Shown here piece after piece: positions 39,433 to 49,333 of a stretch of DNA of 64,000 bases. A program made the position numbers and the translations under genes. Where the stretch lies: IMG/VR virus record IMGVR_UViG_3300044653_000068, positions 51,257-115,256 of that record; one strand, 5' to 3'. Under the pieces are notes generated by a model that was given only the letters and a program-made list of their open reading frames with translations, was not told where the DNA came from and ran no database searches. Origin of the DNA: a virus. Each line of letters begins with the position of its first letter. Within the stretch, counting starts at the first letter, position 1.

Positions 39433-41979
39433 TCACGACGAATCCTGCCAGGCGAGAAACGGCTCGTCGGCGTCCGCCCCGATGAGAACATCGAACCCGG
39501 GACTGGACAGAACCGACGTGGCCATGGACGCCACCAGGTGGCTGCGGGCCGCCAGCGCGTCGGCCTCCGGCACCCAGACCAGGATCTCGTCGTGGATCGG
39601 CAGCAGGGGCAGGCTCCCCCACGGCGTCTGGCTCCAGCGGATCACCCCGTCCACCAGCAGCTCCCGGGCAGTGCCCTGGATCGCGTAGTTGCCGAAGGCG
39701 TGGGGGGCGTTCACGTAGATGTTGCGGCCCGAGTAGGTCCGGTAGACGCCCCGGCGCTTCCCGTCGAGCTGCTGGCTGAAGTTCTGCCCCGTCTCGTAGT
39801 CGCGCCAGACGGTCATGCCCTCGTAATAGCACTGGCGGAGCCACTTGTCCCAGGCGACGTACACGGGCGCGATCTCGTCGAACGCCGACCAGACCCGCTT
39901 CATGTCCGCGACGTCGCAGTACACCTGGTCGGCCGCCGTCTCGGGGCCCCCGCCGAACAGGCGGCAGAAGATCCCGCGCTTGCACATGTACCGGTGCTCG
40001 TACAGGGCCCCCGGCCCGAACGCCGTGTGAGCCGCGAACCAGTGCAGCCCGGTGTGGGCCTTCCCGCACTCGCAGGGGTTGCCGTCGCACGCGTAGCACT
40101 TCGGCGAGATCTCGGCCGCCAGCAGGTCCGCGTCGCCGGAGAGGCCGGCCGCGACCTTGATCTCGCACCCCTGGAAGTCGGCTGAGATGCCGAGGTACCC
40201 CGGGTCAGCGCGGACCGACGCCCGGATACCGCCCTGTCGCGAGAACTGCTGCCCGTTGGGGCGCACGCAGCTCGTCCGGCCGGTGTCCGCGTTGATCGTG
40301 TACACAGTCGGCCTCATCCGGCCGTCGCCGTAGTCGCACAGCGTCTCCAGCGGCCTCAGCAGCAGCCCGAGCGTGGTCACGTTGTGCCGGTACTCCAGGA
40401 TCTGCTTGCACAGGTGGTGCAGAAGCTGGTTGTCGGTCCGGGCGACCTTCTCCAGCTCCTTTTTCGCGGCGGAGGGGTCTCCGGTCTTCTTCGACACGCC
40501 CAGGCCGATTTCCGGGAACTGGGCTATGAGCGCCTTCGCGACTTCCGGCGAGCTGGGGTTGGAAATGCGATTTTCGCTCAGAATGGAGACATCGACCTGA
40601 GCCTGATTTCTGGCGTGCTCGTGCTTTTTGATCATTTCCTTGATATGCGGCGAATCGAGCTTGAAGCCGTCAAGGCCGACCCGGGCGCATTTGGCCTCGA
40701 ACCACCTTTCGCGCTCCAGCACGGAATCGGCCACGGGCAGCGGGGGCAGTACGCGCATAACCGCCGCCAGGTCGAGGACGTCCGATCCGGCGTAAATCAC
40801 CATCGTGACGCAGTTCTTCCGGACCATGTACCAGCCGCTGCGCTCCGGGGGCGTCGTGACGTCGGTCTCGACCAGGCAGCCCATCACCTTGAAAAGCGCG
40901 TTCTTGGCCTTTTCCGCGTTCGGCGACACCGCGTACTCGAAGAGGAGATCCCCGGCGGCCTCCTTGAGCTTGGAGGCGTCCGACCCCGAGAGCTTCGGGT
41001 CGGTGAGCTTCAGGTAGAGCACCGAGTCGTGCATCTTGGCCCAGATATCGTCCCAGGAGATCAGGCCGGCCACGACGCACGGGATGGCGTCGGCGGCGGC
41101 AGAGTGCGCCGAGATCTTCCTCGCCAGGCCGAGCGCGAGCGAGGCGATCTGCATCTGCTCCGGGACCTGCGCGTCGAAGACCACCGCCGCGTGCTCATTG
41201 CCGAGCTGGATCGTCCGCAGCTCGTACAGCTGGTGGCCGAGGGGGTAGCCGGACGTCTCGCAGTCGAGGAACAGGTGGTCCAGGCACAGCTCGATCACGG
41301 CCCAGGCGTCCATGTCGCTGACGTGCCTCACGGTGCCGTCCCGGAAGACGACTGCGGGCAGCTGGACGGTCCCCCCTTCAGCTTCCTCCAGCTTCGCCCT
41401 GGAGGCCGCCTGCCTGGCCTCCACGCGCTCCTGGGCCCTGGCGATCTTGAGCGCGTCGCGCTCCGCCGCCCTGGCGGCCTTTGCCAGCGCCACCGTGGCC
41501 GCCTTCTCCGCCTTGTCCGCCGCGATCTGCTCAGGTGTGCGCCGGATGCGCTTGGCTACTTGAGGGACGGGCTGGGGGACGGGCTCGGGCGGGGGCGCGT
41601 AGGGGTTCAGCGGGTTTTCGGGCTTGGGGGGGACATCCGGTCCTGGCGGTACAGGGGCATTTTCGACATTTCCGGCCGGAAATTCAAATAGAGGCACAAC
41701 CGGGTCGGCCCTGGGCTCCAGCGCCATCGGCGTCCGGTTGTCCACGTGCGCCAGCGCCTCGGCCCGCGCCTCGACGTCCTCTGCGCTCACAGCAGCCAGT
41801 CTCCCGTCGTCCTGCCTGACGATGCGCCCGGCCAGCATCTCCGCGTCGATGATCTCCCGCCAGCCGAACGGGTCGCGGTAGAGGGGGCCGGGGGCGTCGG
41901 CCAGGTGCGAGCTGAGGCGGCCGGGGAACTCCCACTCGCCCGAGGCGAGGGCCGCGTACAGCTGGTCCGATGCGTCCAC
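39433..41979 (-). CDS. DNA polymerase family A with 3'-5' exonuclease
   Basis: FLDCETSG (ExoI), YAGSDV (ExoIII), ADTGRTS, SADFQGCEIKV (motif A), NYAIQGTA, IHDEI (motif C). Confidence 0.93.
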   Translation of the reverse strand: MDASDQLYAALASGEWEFPGRLSSHLADAPGPLYRDPFGWREIIDAEMLAGRIVRQDDGRLAAVSAEDVEARAEALAHVDNRTPMALEPRADPVVPLFEFPAGNVENAPVPPGPDVPPKPENPLNPYAPPPEPVPQPVPQVAKRIRRTPEQIAADKAEKAATVALAKAARAAERDALKIARAQERVEARQAASRAKLEEAEGGTVQLPAVVFRDGTVRHVSDMDAWAVIELCLDHLFLDCETSGYPLGHQLYELRTIQLGNEHAAVVFDAQVPEQMQIASLALGLARKISAHSAAADAIPCVVAGLISWDDIWAKMHDSVLYLKLTDPKLSGSDASKLKEAAGDLLFEYAVSPNAEKAKNALFKVMGCLVETDVTTPPERSGWYMVRKNCVTMVIYAGSDVLDLAAVMRVLPPLPVADSVLERERWFEAKCARVGLDGFKLDSPHIKEMIKKHEHARNQAQVDVSILSENRISNPSSPEVAKALIAQFPEIGLGVSKKTGDPSAAKKELEKVARTDNQLLHHLCKQILEYRHNVTTLGLLLRPLETLCDYGDGRMRPTVYTINADTGRTSCVRPNGQQFSRQGGIRASVRADPGYLGISADFQGCEIKVAAGLSGDADLLAAEISPKCYACDGNPCECGKAHTGLHWFAAHTAFGPGALYEHRYMCKRGIFCRLFGGGPETAADQVYCDVADMKRVWSAFDEIAPVYVAWDKWLRQCYYEGMTVWRDYETGQNFSQQLDGKRRGVYRTYSGRNIYVNAPHAFGNYAIQGTARELLVDGVIRWSQTPWGSLPLLPIHDEILVWVPEADALAARSHLVASMATSVLSSPGFDVLIGADADEPFLAWQDSS

Positions 41980-42029
41980 GGGGCGATCCTACGCCACGCT
42001 GCGGGCCGAAACAGGCGCGAGTGACGGCC

Positions 42030-42385
42030 TGAGCGCCCTGACAGGCTGAAAAACGCCCGTCACACCGTCTGACCTGGGAAAAGTTATAGATATGGCAGAT
42101 GACAGTAGTTTTTTGTAGTTAGGCTCCATGTGTGTGTGCGCACATGCGCATATATATAGGTACATTTTTTACTGTCATAAGTGTCAAAGTGTCATAAATA
42201 CCTGGTCAGAGGGTGTGACGGTGAAATGACGGTTGTGACGGTGCGATTTGGCGAGTTCAACTGTCACAACTGTCATCTTTAGGGCGTAATCCCTGGTCAG
42301 GGCACATGACAGTGACAGTTTGACAGTTGTGACAGTAAAACACGCTACTTGGGGCCTGGGGAGTTATCCACAGAAGTTATCCACA
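42030..42385. other. putative replication origin (AT-rich, TGACAG iterons, two DnaA boxes)
   Basis: Many TGAC(A/G)G/TGTCA units, an ATATATAT tract, and TTATCCACA at 42364-42372 and 42377-42385. Confidence 0.6.
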
Positions 42386-42877
42386 GGGGTGGTGCCCGAA
42401 CCGGGCGAACCACTTGTTGGCCTTGACGAACTTCCCGCCTGTCCAGAAGCCCCAGGCGCGGGTCTTCGGCCCGGTCACCATGACGGTCCAGGCTCCTCGC
42501 TCCCCGGGCACCACGGTGTGCTGGTGCAGGGCGGGACGGTACCGCAGGGCGGGGGCCCGGAGAACATCCTCGCCGCCCGGGTTGAAGTCGGTGTACCCGC
42601 CGCGCACGACGAGGGTGACGAACCACCAGGGATGGTCGTGGAAGGCCCGGTCGTCGTCGGGCTTCAGCCAGTGGTGCACCCGCAGCGAGCCGAACGGCAG
42701 CTCCAGCTTCCACCGGATGACGTACGGGCACTGCGGCAGGCCCAGCTTCTCGGCCCGCGTCAGCACCGGGGGATGGTTTCGAGCCACCGACCTGCGCGTA
42801 ATCTGCGCGCTGCTCTGCCTCTGAGCTACCCCGGTTCGGCGGAGCCCGCCGCGCTTGGTGGGCTCCCAGTCCTGCAC
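42377..42877 (-). CDS. cupin-fold phage protein (HDHPW); start at 42877 or 42766
   Basis: FHDHPWWFVTLVVRGGY...HTV...WTVMVTGPKTRAWGFW. Confidence 0.75.
   Translation of the reverse strand: MQDWEPTKRGGLRRTGVAQRQSSAQITRRSVARNHPPVLTRAEKLGLPQCPYVIRWKLELPFGSLRVHHWLKPDDDRAFHDHPWWFVTLVVRGGYTDFNPGGEDVLRAPALRYRPALHQHTVVPGERGAWTVMVTGPKTRAWGFWTGGKFVKANKWFARFGHHPCG
42764..42835 (-). tRNA. tRNA-like element (GAT anticodon, non-canonical loops)
   Basis: ACCGGGG/CCCCGGT acceptor, GCTC-AGAGGCA-GAGC D-arm, GCGCG-CAGATTA-CGCGC anticodon arm, GGTGG-CTCGAAA-CCATC T-arm. Confidence 0.7.
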
Positions 42878-42897
42878 GACGACAACCTACCTCACTG

Positions 42898-43266
42898 TCA
42901 GGGCCAGTAAGCGGCCAGCTTGGTGACCGCCTTGACAGGACCCGTGTAATCGCTGGTGAGGGCGTTTACCGTACCGATCTTGTCCGCGTACCAGTACGGA
43001 CACCACACGAGGTCGCCCGGCTTTACCCGGAGCCGGGTTAGCCAGGTCGCCCCGTCAGCGACTATCTTTACCGGCTGGACCAGGTACCCGCGATGGGGCG
43101 GGCACTTATGACTCTGCCGGCCGTTTATCACGGCAGCCTCAGTGCGGTAATAAGGAGAATACGAACCACACTTCAGACACTCGACGTTGTACCAGGTGAC
43201 AGGCTTGTTATAGTGCGTCATCTGAACAGGGTGCGCCACATAATTCTTAGTGCTGAGAACCGGCAT
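42898..43266 (-). CDS. hypothetical protein
   Basis: AAAGGA Shine-Dalgarno; lower GC; CLKC. Confidence 0.55.
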   Translation of the reverse strand: MPVLSTKNYVAHPVQMTHYNKPVTWYNVECLKCGSYSPYYRTEAAVINGRQSHKCPPHRGYLVQPVKIVADGATWLTRLRVKPGDLVWCPYWYADKIGTVNALTSDYTGPVKAVTKLAAYWP

Positions 43267-43276
43267 CCTTTATCTC

Positions 43277-43924
43277 CTATCTGTACGGGCTGTCGTCTTC
43301 CTTGCGGTTCTGACGCCGGATGATAGACGCCACCCGGTCGATCGGGTAGTCCCTGACCACGGACTTCTCGACCACCTCCTGTACGACTGCCTTGGTTTCC
43401 GCCGTCAGCGCCACGTACACGCCGGGGGGCAGCGCGGCGATCTCGCCGGTCACCGGGTTCCGGTACAGGCCCAGCGCCCTCAGCTCACGGTCTTCCTTGC
43501 GCTGGGTCCGCGCCTTGTACTGGGTGAGCTTCAGCTCGTCAGGCGTTGGCGCGATCTCGGGCTGCTCAACGAGCTGCTGCGGGTACACCAGAACAGCCCC
43601 GGCCCGGAAGGCGGGTATCACTTCCTCGTTGATCTTGCGCCGCAGTTCAGCGCTGAGCCCGTAGGCCAGGTGGTTGACGCCGGACTCGGTGAGCCAGTAG
43701 GGGCTGGGCTTGCCCCGCCCACGCATGCCGAGCTTCACCGCTGAAATCTCAGCGGTGAACGTCACGTAGTCCCATTCATCGAGCGTGGGGATCACGTTGT
43801 TGGGCCTGAGGCCGAAGGTACTGGCCACGTCTGGCATGTACGCGACGCGCCTGCCCTCGTGCTCGATGGTGCGGATCTGGCCGCCGTTGAAGGGCACCAG
43901 CTCGGTGCCGGGGTTATCTGGCAT
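43277..43924 (-). CDS. BRO-N domain (antirepressor-like) protein
   Basis: FNGGQIRTIEHEG...DVASTFGL...WLTESGVNHL...INEEVIPAFR. Confidence 0.8.
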   Translation of the reverse strand: MPDNPGTELVPFNGGQIRTIEHEGRRVAYMPDVASTFGLRPNNVIPTLDEWDYVTFTAEISAVKLGMRGRGKPSPYWLTESGVNHLAYGLSAELRRKINEEVIPAFRAGAVLVYPQQLVEQPEIAPTPDELKLTQYKARTQRKEDRELRALGLYRNPVTGEIAALPPGVYVALTAETKAVVQEVVEKSVVRDYPIDRVASIIRRQNRKEDDSPYR

Positions 43925-46269
43925 GCCCCGTGCAACAGCGGTAAGTAGCTGAACATTCCGGCCTTCAGGCTGAGCGGTCGGTTGCGGCCGGCGCTGTGCT
44001 TGTTGGCCGGGTAGCCCATCTGGGTGAGCCGGGTTCCGAATTTGGTGTTGGTCATGATCTCGGAGCGGGCCAGGTTGTTGCGGACGCCCCACGCCACGAA
44101 CGCCTCGTAGAGCTGCCCGCCCGGGGTGCTGCCCTTCGGCTCGCACCCGTCGTGCACGAACCGGGCGACGTGATCCTGCTCGGTGACGGCCTCCGCGAAC
44201 GGGGTCAGCGCCTCGGCCGCCATGTCGGTCAGGGAGGGGTCCGCCATCACCCTGCTGGCCCGCTGCATCATCTCCCACAGCACCGCCGGGGCCTCGGCCT
44301 TCCAGGCGTCCGACAGGCCGCTGTGCCCGTCCCAGATCTTCCTGGACACCGCGCCGATCCGCTTCCTGTCCCCGGGGATGGGAAGATAGCGCACGCGCAC
44401 CGCCCAGACGTTCTCGTCGGTCAGCGGCAGGTCGTCGTTGCCCGCCAGCAGCAGGGTGTGCTGCATGGTGAACGTGACCGGCATCTTGCCGTTGACCGCG
44501 CGCCCGGTGAGCTTCCCGCCGCCTGACAGGTTCTTCAGCTTCTCGGTGGCGATCTTGGACGCGGGCGGCGTCTCGTCCATCCACACCAGGCGCTTGCCCT
44601 TCAGCCGCAGGAACGTCTCGTCGTGCCCGGTGCGGCCCGTCAGGATCTGCGCCGGGAGCTGCTCCGCGTACGACCCGAGCAGGTCCACCAGGACCATGAG
44701 GCGCGTCGTCTTGCCCATGTTGCCGTCGCTCTTGAAGTTGGGCAGCAGCTTGTTGCCGCCGCGCAGCACCGACGCCAGGACGTTGAGCGCGTACTCCCGC
44801 AGCTCCTTGTCCGGCCACTGGGCCGCGTTCAGCTCGTCCCACAGCGGGGTCTCCCCCGTGCCGGGGACATAGCCGGCCGACAGTAGGTGCGGGGTGCCCG
44901 GATCGACGTCGGCCGTCTCCAGGGTGCGCAGGTCGTACGGCGTGCCGCCGGCCCAGAACACGCGGCCGTCCGCGTCCATGTCCATCTCCCGCAGGCGCGG
45001 CTCCAGGTTGGGCCAGAGCGCCCGCATCTTGGCGGCGACCCTGCCGGAGGTGGCGGACATGTGCAGGTAGCTGTAGAGCTTCTTGTCGAGTTCCTCGGGG
45101 TCGGGCGCGGTGCCGGGCATCGCCGGGCTCTTGCCGTCCCAGTTGGAGTCCTTGGGACGGGGCACCAGGTCGGCCACGCGGGCGACGACGGACGGGCACG
45201 GGTCCTCCGGGCAGCGCTCCCAGTGGTCGCCCACCCGCTGGAAGTGGTCGCCCGTGTCGGCGGCGTAGGCGTACCCCATCGCCAGGCCGTAGCCCAGCAC
45301 CTGCTTGGCTAGCCACTGGTCGTTGCCGTAGGTGATGGCGAGCGCCGGCCGGTCCGGCTCCGGGGTCGCGTACACCTCCTGCCGTTCCTGCCGGCCCTGC
45401 TCCGCCGCCTCGGCCGCAGCGCGCTCGCGCTCCGCCAGCTCCGCGACCAGGCCCTCGTAGCCGCCCCGGTGGAAGGCGCCCCAGAACTCCCGCTCCCGCC
45501 GCTCGCCCTCGTCCACCTTGCGCTGGGCGCTGGAGATCTTGGTCTCGATCTGGCGCGGCGTCCACGGCTCCGAGATCGGCTTGAGGATGATGTTCAGCCG
45601 GTCGTGAATCTGGTCCTCGTCCAGCCCGTTCGCCACCATGGACATGATGTCGGCGGTGAGCTGGCTGTCCCCGGTGATCTCGTAGTTGTCGTCCTCCCAC
45701 GTGCCGGCCGTGGTGCCGTCGCCCTGCCCGGTCCGCTGCTTGCGCGGCTCGGCGACCAGCGCCCTCATCAGGGCCTCGGTCGCGACGATCCACGGCCGGC
45801 CGGTCGCGGTGTACCTGGTCCCGGTGTGATGGACGCCCTCGACGTAGGTGAACCCGGCGGACTTGACGTCGCCCCAGGCGGTCTGCCCCTGCGCGGGCCA
45901 CCAGCCGGCCAGCTCCCCCGGCACCTGGACCATGATGTGCGACCGGACAGCGCCCTCGGGCGTGACCCGCCGCGAGGTGACGATCGCGTCCAGGTCCTCG
46001 CCGAGGATGTCGGCCGCGTGACTGGCGGCCCAGTGCTCAGGGTGGTCGATGTCGATGCCTATGGTGCGCGACGTGCGCGAGCACGCGATACCCCACTGCC
46101 ACTGGCCGTGCTCGGCGTGCGGGGGCTTGCCCTGCGCGTGCTTCTCGCCGGCCCGCTGCGCGCCGTAGGGGATCTTCTCGTACGACCCCACGTCGGCGCT
46201 GGCCACCTTCGACCCGTCAACGGCGTTGTACCAGCGTATCCAGGAAGGCGCAAAGGGCTGAACAGTCAC
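43792..46269 (-). CDS. primase-helicase (prim-pol N-terminus, P4/D5-type SF3 helicase)
   Basis: IGIDIDHP (primase); SDGNMGKTT Walker A, VWMDE Walker B, LAGN motif C. Confidence 0.88.
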   Translation of the reverse strand: MTVQPFAPSWIRWYNAVDGSKVASADVGSYEKIPYGAQRAGEKHAQGKPPHAEHGQWQWGIACSRTSRTIGIDIDHPEHWAASHAADILGEDLDAIVTSRRVTPEGAVRSHIMVQVPGELAGWWPAQGQTAWGDVKSAGFTYVEGVHHTGTRYTATGRPWIVATEALMRALVAEPRKQRTGQGDGTTAGTWEDDNYEITGDSQLTADIMSMVANGLDEDQIHDRLNIILKPISEPWTPRQIETKISSAQRKVDEGERREREFWGAFHRGGYEGLVAELAERERAAAEAAEQGRQERQEVYATPEPDRPALAITYGNDQWLAKQVLGYGLAMGYAYAADTGDHFQRVGDHWERCPEDPCPSVVARVADLVPRPKDSNWDGKSPAMPGTAPDPEELDKKLYSYLHMSATSGRVAAKMRALWPNLEPRLREMDMDADGRVFWAGGTPYDLRTLETADVDPGTPHLLSAGYVPGTGETPLWDELNAAQWPDKELREYALNVLASVLRGGNKLLPNFKSDGNMGKTTRLMVLVDLLGSYAEQLPAQILTGRTGHDETFLRLKGKRLVWMDETPPASKIATEKLKNLSGGGKLTGRAVNGKMPVTFTMQHTLLLAGNDDLPLTDENVWAVRVRYLPIPGDRKRIGAVSRKIWDGHSGLSDAWKAEAPAVLWEMMQRASRVMADPSLTDMAAEALTPFAEAVTEQDHVARFVHDGCEPKGSTPGGQLYEAFVAWGVRNNLARSEIMTNTKFGTRLTQMGYPANKHSAGRNRPLSLKAGMFSYLPLLHGACQITPAPSWCPSTAARSAPSSTRAGASRTCQTWPVPSASGPTT

Positions 46270-46326
46270 ACGTCACTCCTCAACTCCGCACCGGGGGGTA
46301 TCGACAGCATAGCCCTGTGATCGACG

Positions 46327-46352
46327 GGAACACAGGGGCGCGTCATGTTGTT
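46327..46352 (+). promoter_or_regulatory. SigR/SigH-type promoter
   Basis: GGAAC-N18-GTT-N9-ATG (ATG at 46362). Confidence 0.7.
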
Positions 46353-46361
46353 CCGCCGGGT

Positions 46362-46577
46362 ATGGACAACAAGACCCCGCCCCCGTCAGCGCCCCCCTTG
46401 ACGGGCATGCCCCCCGGCCCCGGGCCCGACCGGAAGACCCTCGCGCTTGAGCGCATCGCGGACAGCCTGGAGGCGCTGGAGAACCACCTGGTGCCGTTCA
46501 GGAACTTCGACGGCGCGGCGGTGTCCTCGGCCGTGTACCGGAGGCTGCTGGCCGTCCGGAATAAGCCCCGGGAATAA
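46362..46577 (+). CDS. hypothetical protein (leaderless)
   Basis: MDNKTPPP...LALERIADSLEAL. Confidence 0.6.
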   Translation: MDNKTPPPSAPPLTGMPPGPGPDRKTLALERIADSLEALENHLVPFRNFDGAAVSSAVYRRLLAVRNKPRE

Positions 46578-46596
46578 GCTGCGACCGGTCGTAGTT
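46571..46596 (+). promoter_or_regulatory. SigR/SigH-type promoter
   Basis: GGAAT-N18-GTT upstream of the ParB-like gene. Confidence 0.65.
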
Positions 46597-46654
46597 GTGC
46601 ACATCGAAACCCTATGCGGGCAACGGCCCGCGCCCCCTACTGTGGAGGAAGAAC

Positions 46655-47620
46655 ATGCTGGACAACGACCTGTGGGAGCACGTCACTTCCACCGGCACTA
46701 GGCACGGCACCATCGAGGTGACGCCGGAGACGGCCAAGATCATCGTCGCCCGCGTCAGCCCCGAGCCCGGGAAGCAGCGCCCGGTCATCAGGAAGCAGGT
46801 GGAGCGGTACGCGGACCAGATGACCCGGGGCAAGTGGCGGGACATGGCCGGCGGCGACCTGCTGTTCGACTGCGACGGCTACTTCCGTGGCGGGCAGCAC
46901 CGGCTGCTGGCCCAGATGGACTCCGGCGTCACCGTGGCCTACAAGGTCCGCTGGGACCAGGACGAGGACGAGATCGCGGCGGACAACGAGGGCGGCAGGC
47001 CGTGGGCGGCCGTGGACATCGCGGGCGGGGACGCGCCGCACCGGAAGGTCCGCCAGGGCATCGCCACCTCGCTGCTGACCATCGACCACGAGCAGGGCCT
47101 GATCGGGAACCAGCCGACATGGCAGCCCGCCCGGCTGGACGTGGCGGAGGGGGTCAACGACCCGCGCGTCATCCGCGCCGCCGTCCTCGCCCAGGGTTTC
47201 CGCAACTCGATCCCCGGCATCCAGGGCACCTCGATCGGGATCATGTACGCCATGGCCTGCAACGCCAACGGCAGCGGCGGGGAAGTCGCGCCGTACTTCT
47301 TCGAGAAGCTGCGGACAGGGCACGGCCTCTTCCCGGGAGACCCCATCGACACACTGCGGAACATGCTGCTCGGCGTGTCGTTCAGGAACCTGGCGCAGAA
47401 GAAGTGGCAGACCATGTACGTCACCGCCCGCGCGTGGAACTACCACGTGAACGGCGAGAAGGTCGCCAAGCTCCAGCGCTACACCCCGCCCACCAACCTC
47501 CCTCTCCGCATGATCGGCTGGAAGCCCTTCTTCCCGCAGAAGGAAGAGGACAGGGCACTGCGCGCACTGGGCTCGGAGACGATGGTGGCGAGGACCACGA
47601 GGGCGGCGAGGGGCCGGTGA
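46655..47620 (+). CDS. ParB/Srx-like (DGQHR-type) protein
   Basis: VTPETA, QRPV...YADQMTRGKW, LLFDCDG..GGQHRLLA; GGAGG Shine-Dalgarno. Confidence 0.75.
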   Translation: MLDNDLWEHVTSTGTRHGTIEVTPETAKIIVARVSPEPGKQRPVIRKQVERYADQMTRGKWRDMAGGDLLFDCDGYFRGGQHRLLAQMDSGVTVAYKVRWDQDEDEIAADNEGGRPWAAVDIAGGDAPHRKVRQGIATSLLTIDHEQGLIGNQPTWQPARLDVAEGVNDPRVIRAAVLAQGFRNSIPGIQGTSIGIMYAMACNANGSGGEVAPYFFEKLRTGHGLFPGDPIDTLRNMLLGVSFRNLAQKKWQTMYVTARAWNYHVNGEKVAKLQRYTPPTNLPLRMIGWKPFFPQKEEDRALRALGSETMVARTTRAARGR

Positions 47621-47919
47621 GCACCACGATCACCCGGGCCGCGCTGGCGCAGTTTGTCGCCGAGGGCATCGCGCACCAGAACGCGGGATCGTGGCCGTTC
47701 ACCCCGGCGGAGGAGGACGCGCTCCGCGAGGTAGCCCGGACGACGCCCCGGGTGGCGTGGGGGCAGACGACGGCAGACCCGGACGGCTGCGGCTGCCCGC
47801 TCACCCAGGCGGGCATAATCGTCACGGGCACCAACTCCCTCTTCTGGGGGACGTTCGACAAGGCGCTGTGGGACAAGGCGCGGGCGGCGGCGGGCGTGCT
47901 GACGGTGACCGATGACTGA
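47617..47919 (+). CDS. hypothetical protein
   Basis: VSTTITRAALAQF...GCPLTQAG; GTGA-coupled. Confidence 0.55.
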   Translation: MSTTITRAALAQFVAEGIAHQNAGSWPFTPAEEDALREVARTTPRVAWGQTTADPDGCGCPLTQAGIIVTGTNSLFWGTFDKALWDKARAAAGVLTVTDD

Positions 47920-48424
47920 CCCCCGGAGCGGGGGGCCGGGGTCGTGCTCGCTCTGCCTCGCGGCGGGGCCGCACGCCCATCCCGCTCCCGGTGTTTTCGC
48001 TCCCGCTCCCTTCCCTGCGCCCGTGCCCCAGCCGAAAGTCAAGAAGCGGGTGAAGGTCGAGCCGGAGGAGGGCGGCGAGCTGGAGCAGTTCCTGATCGCC
48101 AACACGGCGGCGGCGAGCGCGGCGAAGGAGGCGGGCGAGTCGGCGGAGGAGTGGAAGCTGGCCGTCAAGACCTGGCTGCTGTCGCTGTTCCCGCCGCTTG
48201 CTGACGGCACCCCCAACCCGGATATGCCCGACGCGTTCGACGTCACGGCGGACCCGCACGGCCGCTACCCGGGCTACACCATGACGCTGAAGGAGGGCCA
48301 CCACCTCGACGCCGATCGCATGAGGCTGGACGGGGTGTACGACTCCATCCACGGGGCGTACGACGTGCCGAACAAGCCCTCGTGGGAGCTGCGGCCGGAC
48401 GCGCAGGGGAGGAAGCCGAGGTGA
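47912..48424 (+). CDS. hypothetical protein
   Basis: 170 aa ORF in the recombination cluster. Confidence 0.65.
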   Translation: MTDPRSGGPGSCSLCLAAGPHAHPAPGVFAPAPFPAPVPQPKVKKRVKVEPEEGGELEQFLIANTAAASAAKEAGESAEEWKLAVKTWLLSLFPPLADGTPNPDMPDAFDVTADPHGRYPGYTMTLKEGHHLDADRMRLDGVYDSIHGAYDVPNKPSWELRPDAQGRKPR

Positions 48425-48594
48425 GTCACGAGTACAGGTACTGGGTGTTCCGAACGGAAAAGCACGGCCGGATCACGTACTGGCAGATCGAGAAGTGGCC
48501 CGTGTACGCCATCTGCCTCAACCTGCTGATCATCCTCGGCATCCTCGTCTGGTGGATCGTGAAGTTACGTAACGACAAGTGAAGTGAGGCAGCA

Positions 48595-49083
48595 ATGGCA
48601 GACGTCACGACGGACCGCAAGAACGGCGGGATGCCCGAGTGGGCGCTCGTGCGGTCGTACTGGGTGAACAACGGCGGGAGGCGGTTCCTCACGAGGCTCA
48701 TCCTCGTCCGGACGCCCTTCGGCGGCGTCGAGGTCACCCGCATCCACACCGACGACAACGCCCGCCCGCACCCGCACGATCACAGCCGCAGCTTCGTGTC
48801 CTTCAAGCTCGGCTCCTACGACGAGTGGGTGTACCACGACCCGGGGGACCTGGCCGTGCGCAGGTTCCGGCGGCACCGCCGGCTCTCGGCCCACCTGATG
48901 CGCGTCTCGGCGGCGCACACCATCACGCGGGTGAGCCCCCGCCTGGTGACGGTCACGCTCCTCGGCCCGCGCCGTCAGCGCTCCAGCTACTGGACGCCGG
49001 ACGGGAAGCGGCCCTCCGGGGCCAACCCGGACAGGGAAGGAGGCGATGATGGCGGCGCTGTACGAGTACCGGCTGGTCTCTGA
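48595..49083 (+). CDS. cupin-fold phage protein (HDH), paralog of 42377
   Basis: PHPHDHSRSFVSFKLGSYDE...HTI...TVTLLGPR. Confidence 0.7.
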   Translation: MADVTTDRKNGGMPEWALVRSYWVNNGGRRFLTRLILVRTPFGGVEVTRIHTDDNARPHPHDHSRSFVSFKLGSYDEWVYHDPGDLAVRRFRRHRRLSAHLMRVSAAHTITRVSPRLVTVTLLGPRRQRSSYWTPDGKRPSGANPDREGGDDGGAVRVPAGL

Positions 49084-49333
49084 CGGGAAGCCCCCGGTGG
49101 ACGGCGACAGGGGCGGGGTCACCTACGTGGCCCAGGAGGATTTCGTCCGCCTCAACCGGCAGCAGCGCCGCGTGTTCGACGTCATGCAGGACGGGCGGTG
49201 GCGCACGCTGCACGATATCGCCATGCTGACCGGCGATCCCGAGGCGAGCGTCAGCGCGCGGCTGCGCGACTTCCGCAAGCCCGGTTTCGGGGGCTCAACG
49301 GTGGAGAGGCGGCCGGCGTACCGGTCCGAGTGA
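49046..49333 (+). CDS. winged-HTH phage protein
   Basis: WRTLHDIAMLTGDPEASVSARLRDFRK. Confidence 0.7.
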   Translation: MMAALYEYRLVSDGKPPVDGDRGGVTYVAQEDFVRLNRQQRRVFDVMQDGRWRTLHDIAMLTGDPEASVSARLRDFRKPGFGGSTVERRPAYRSE

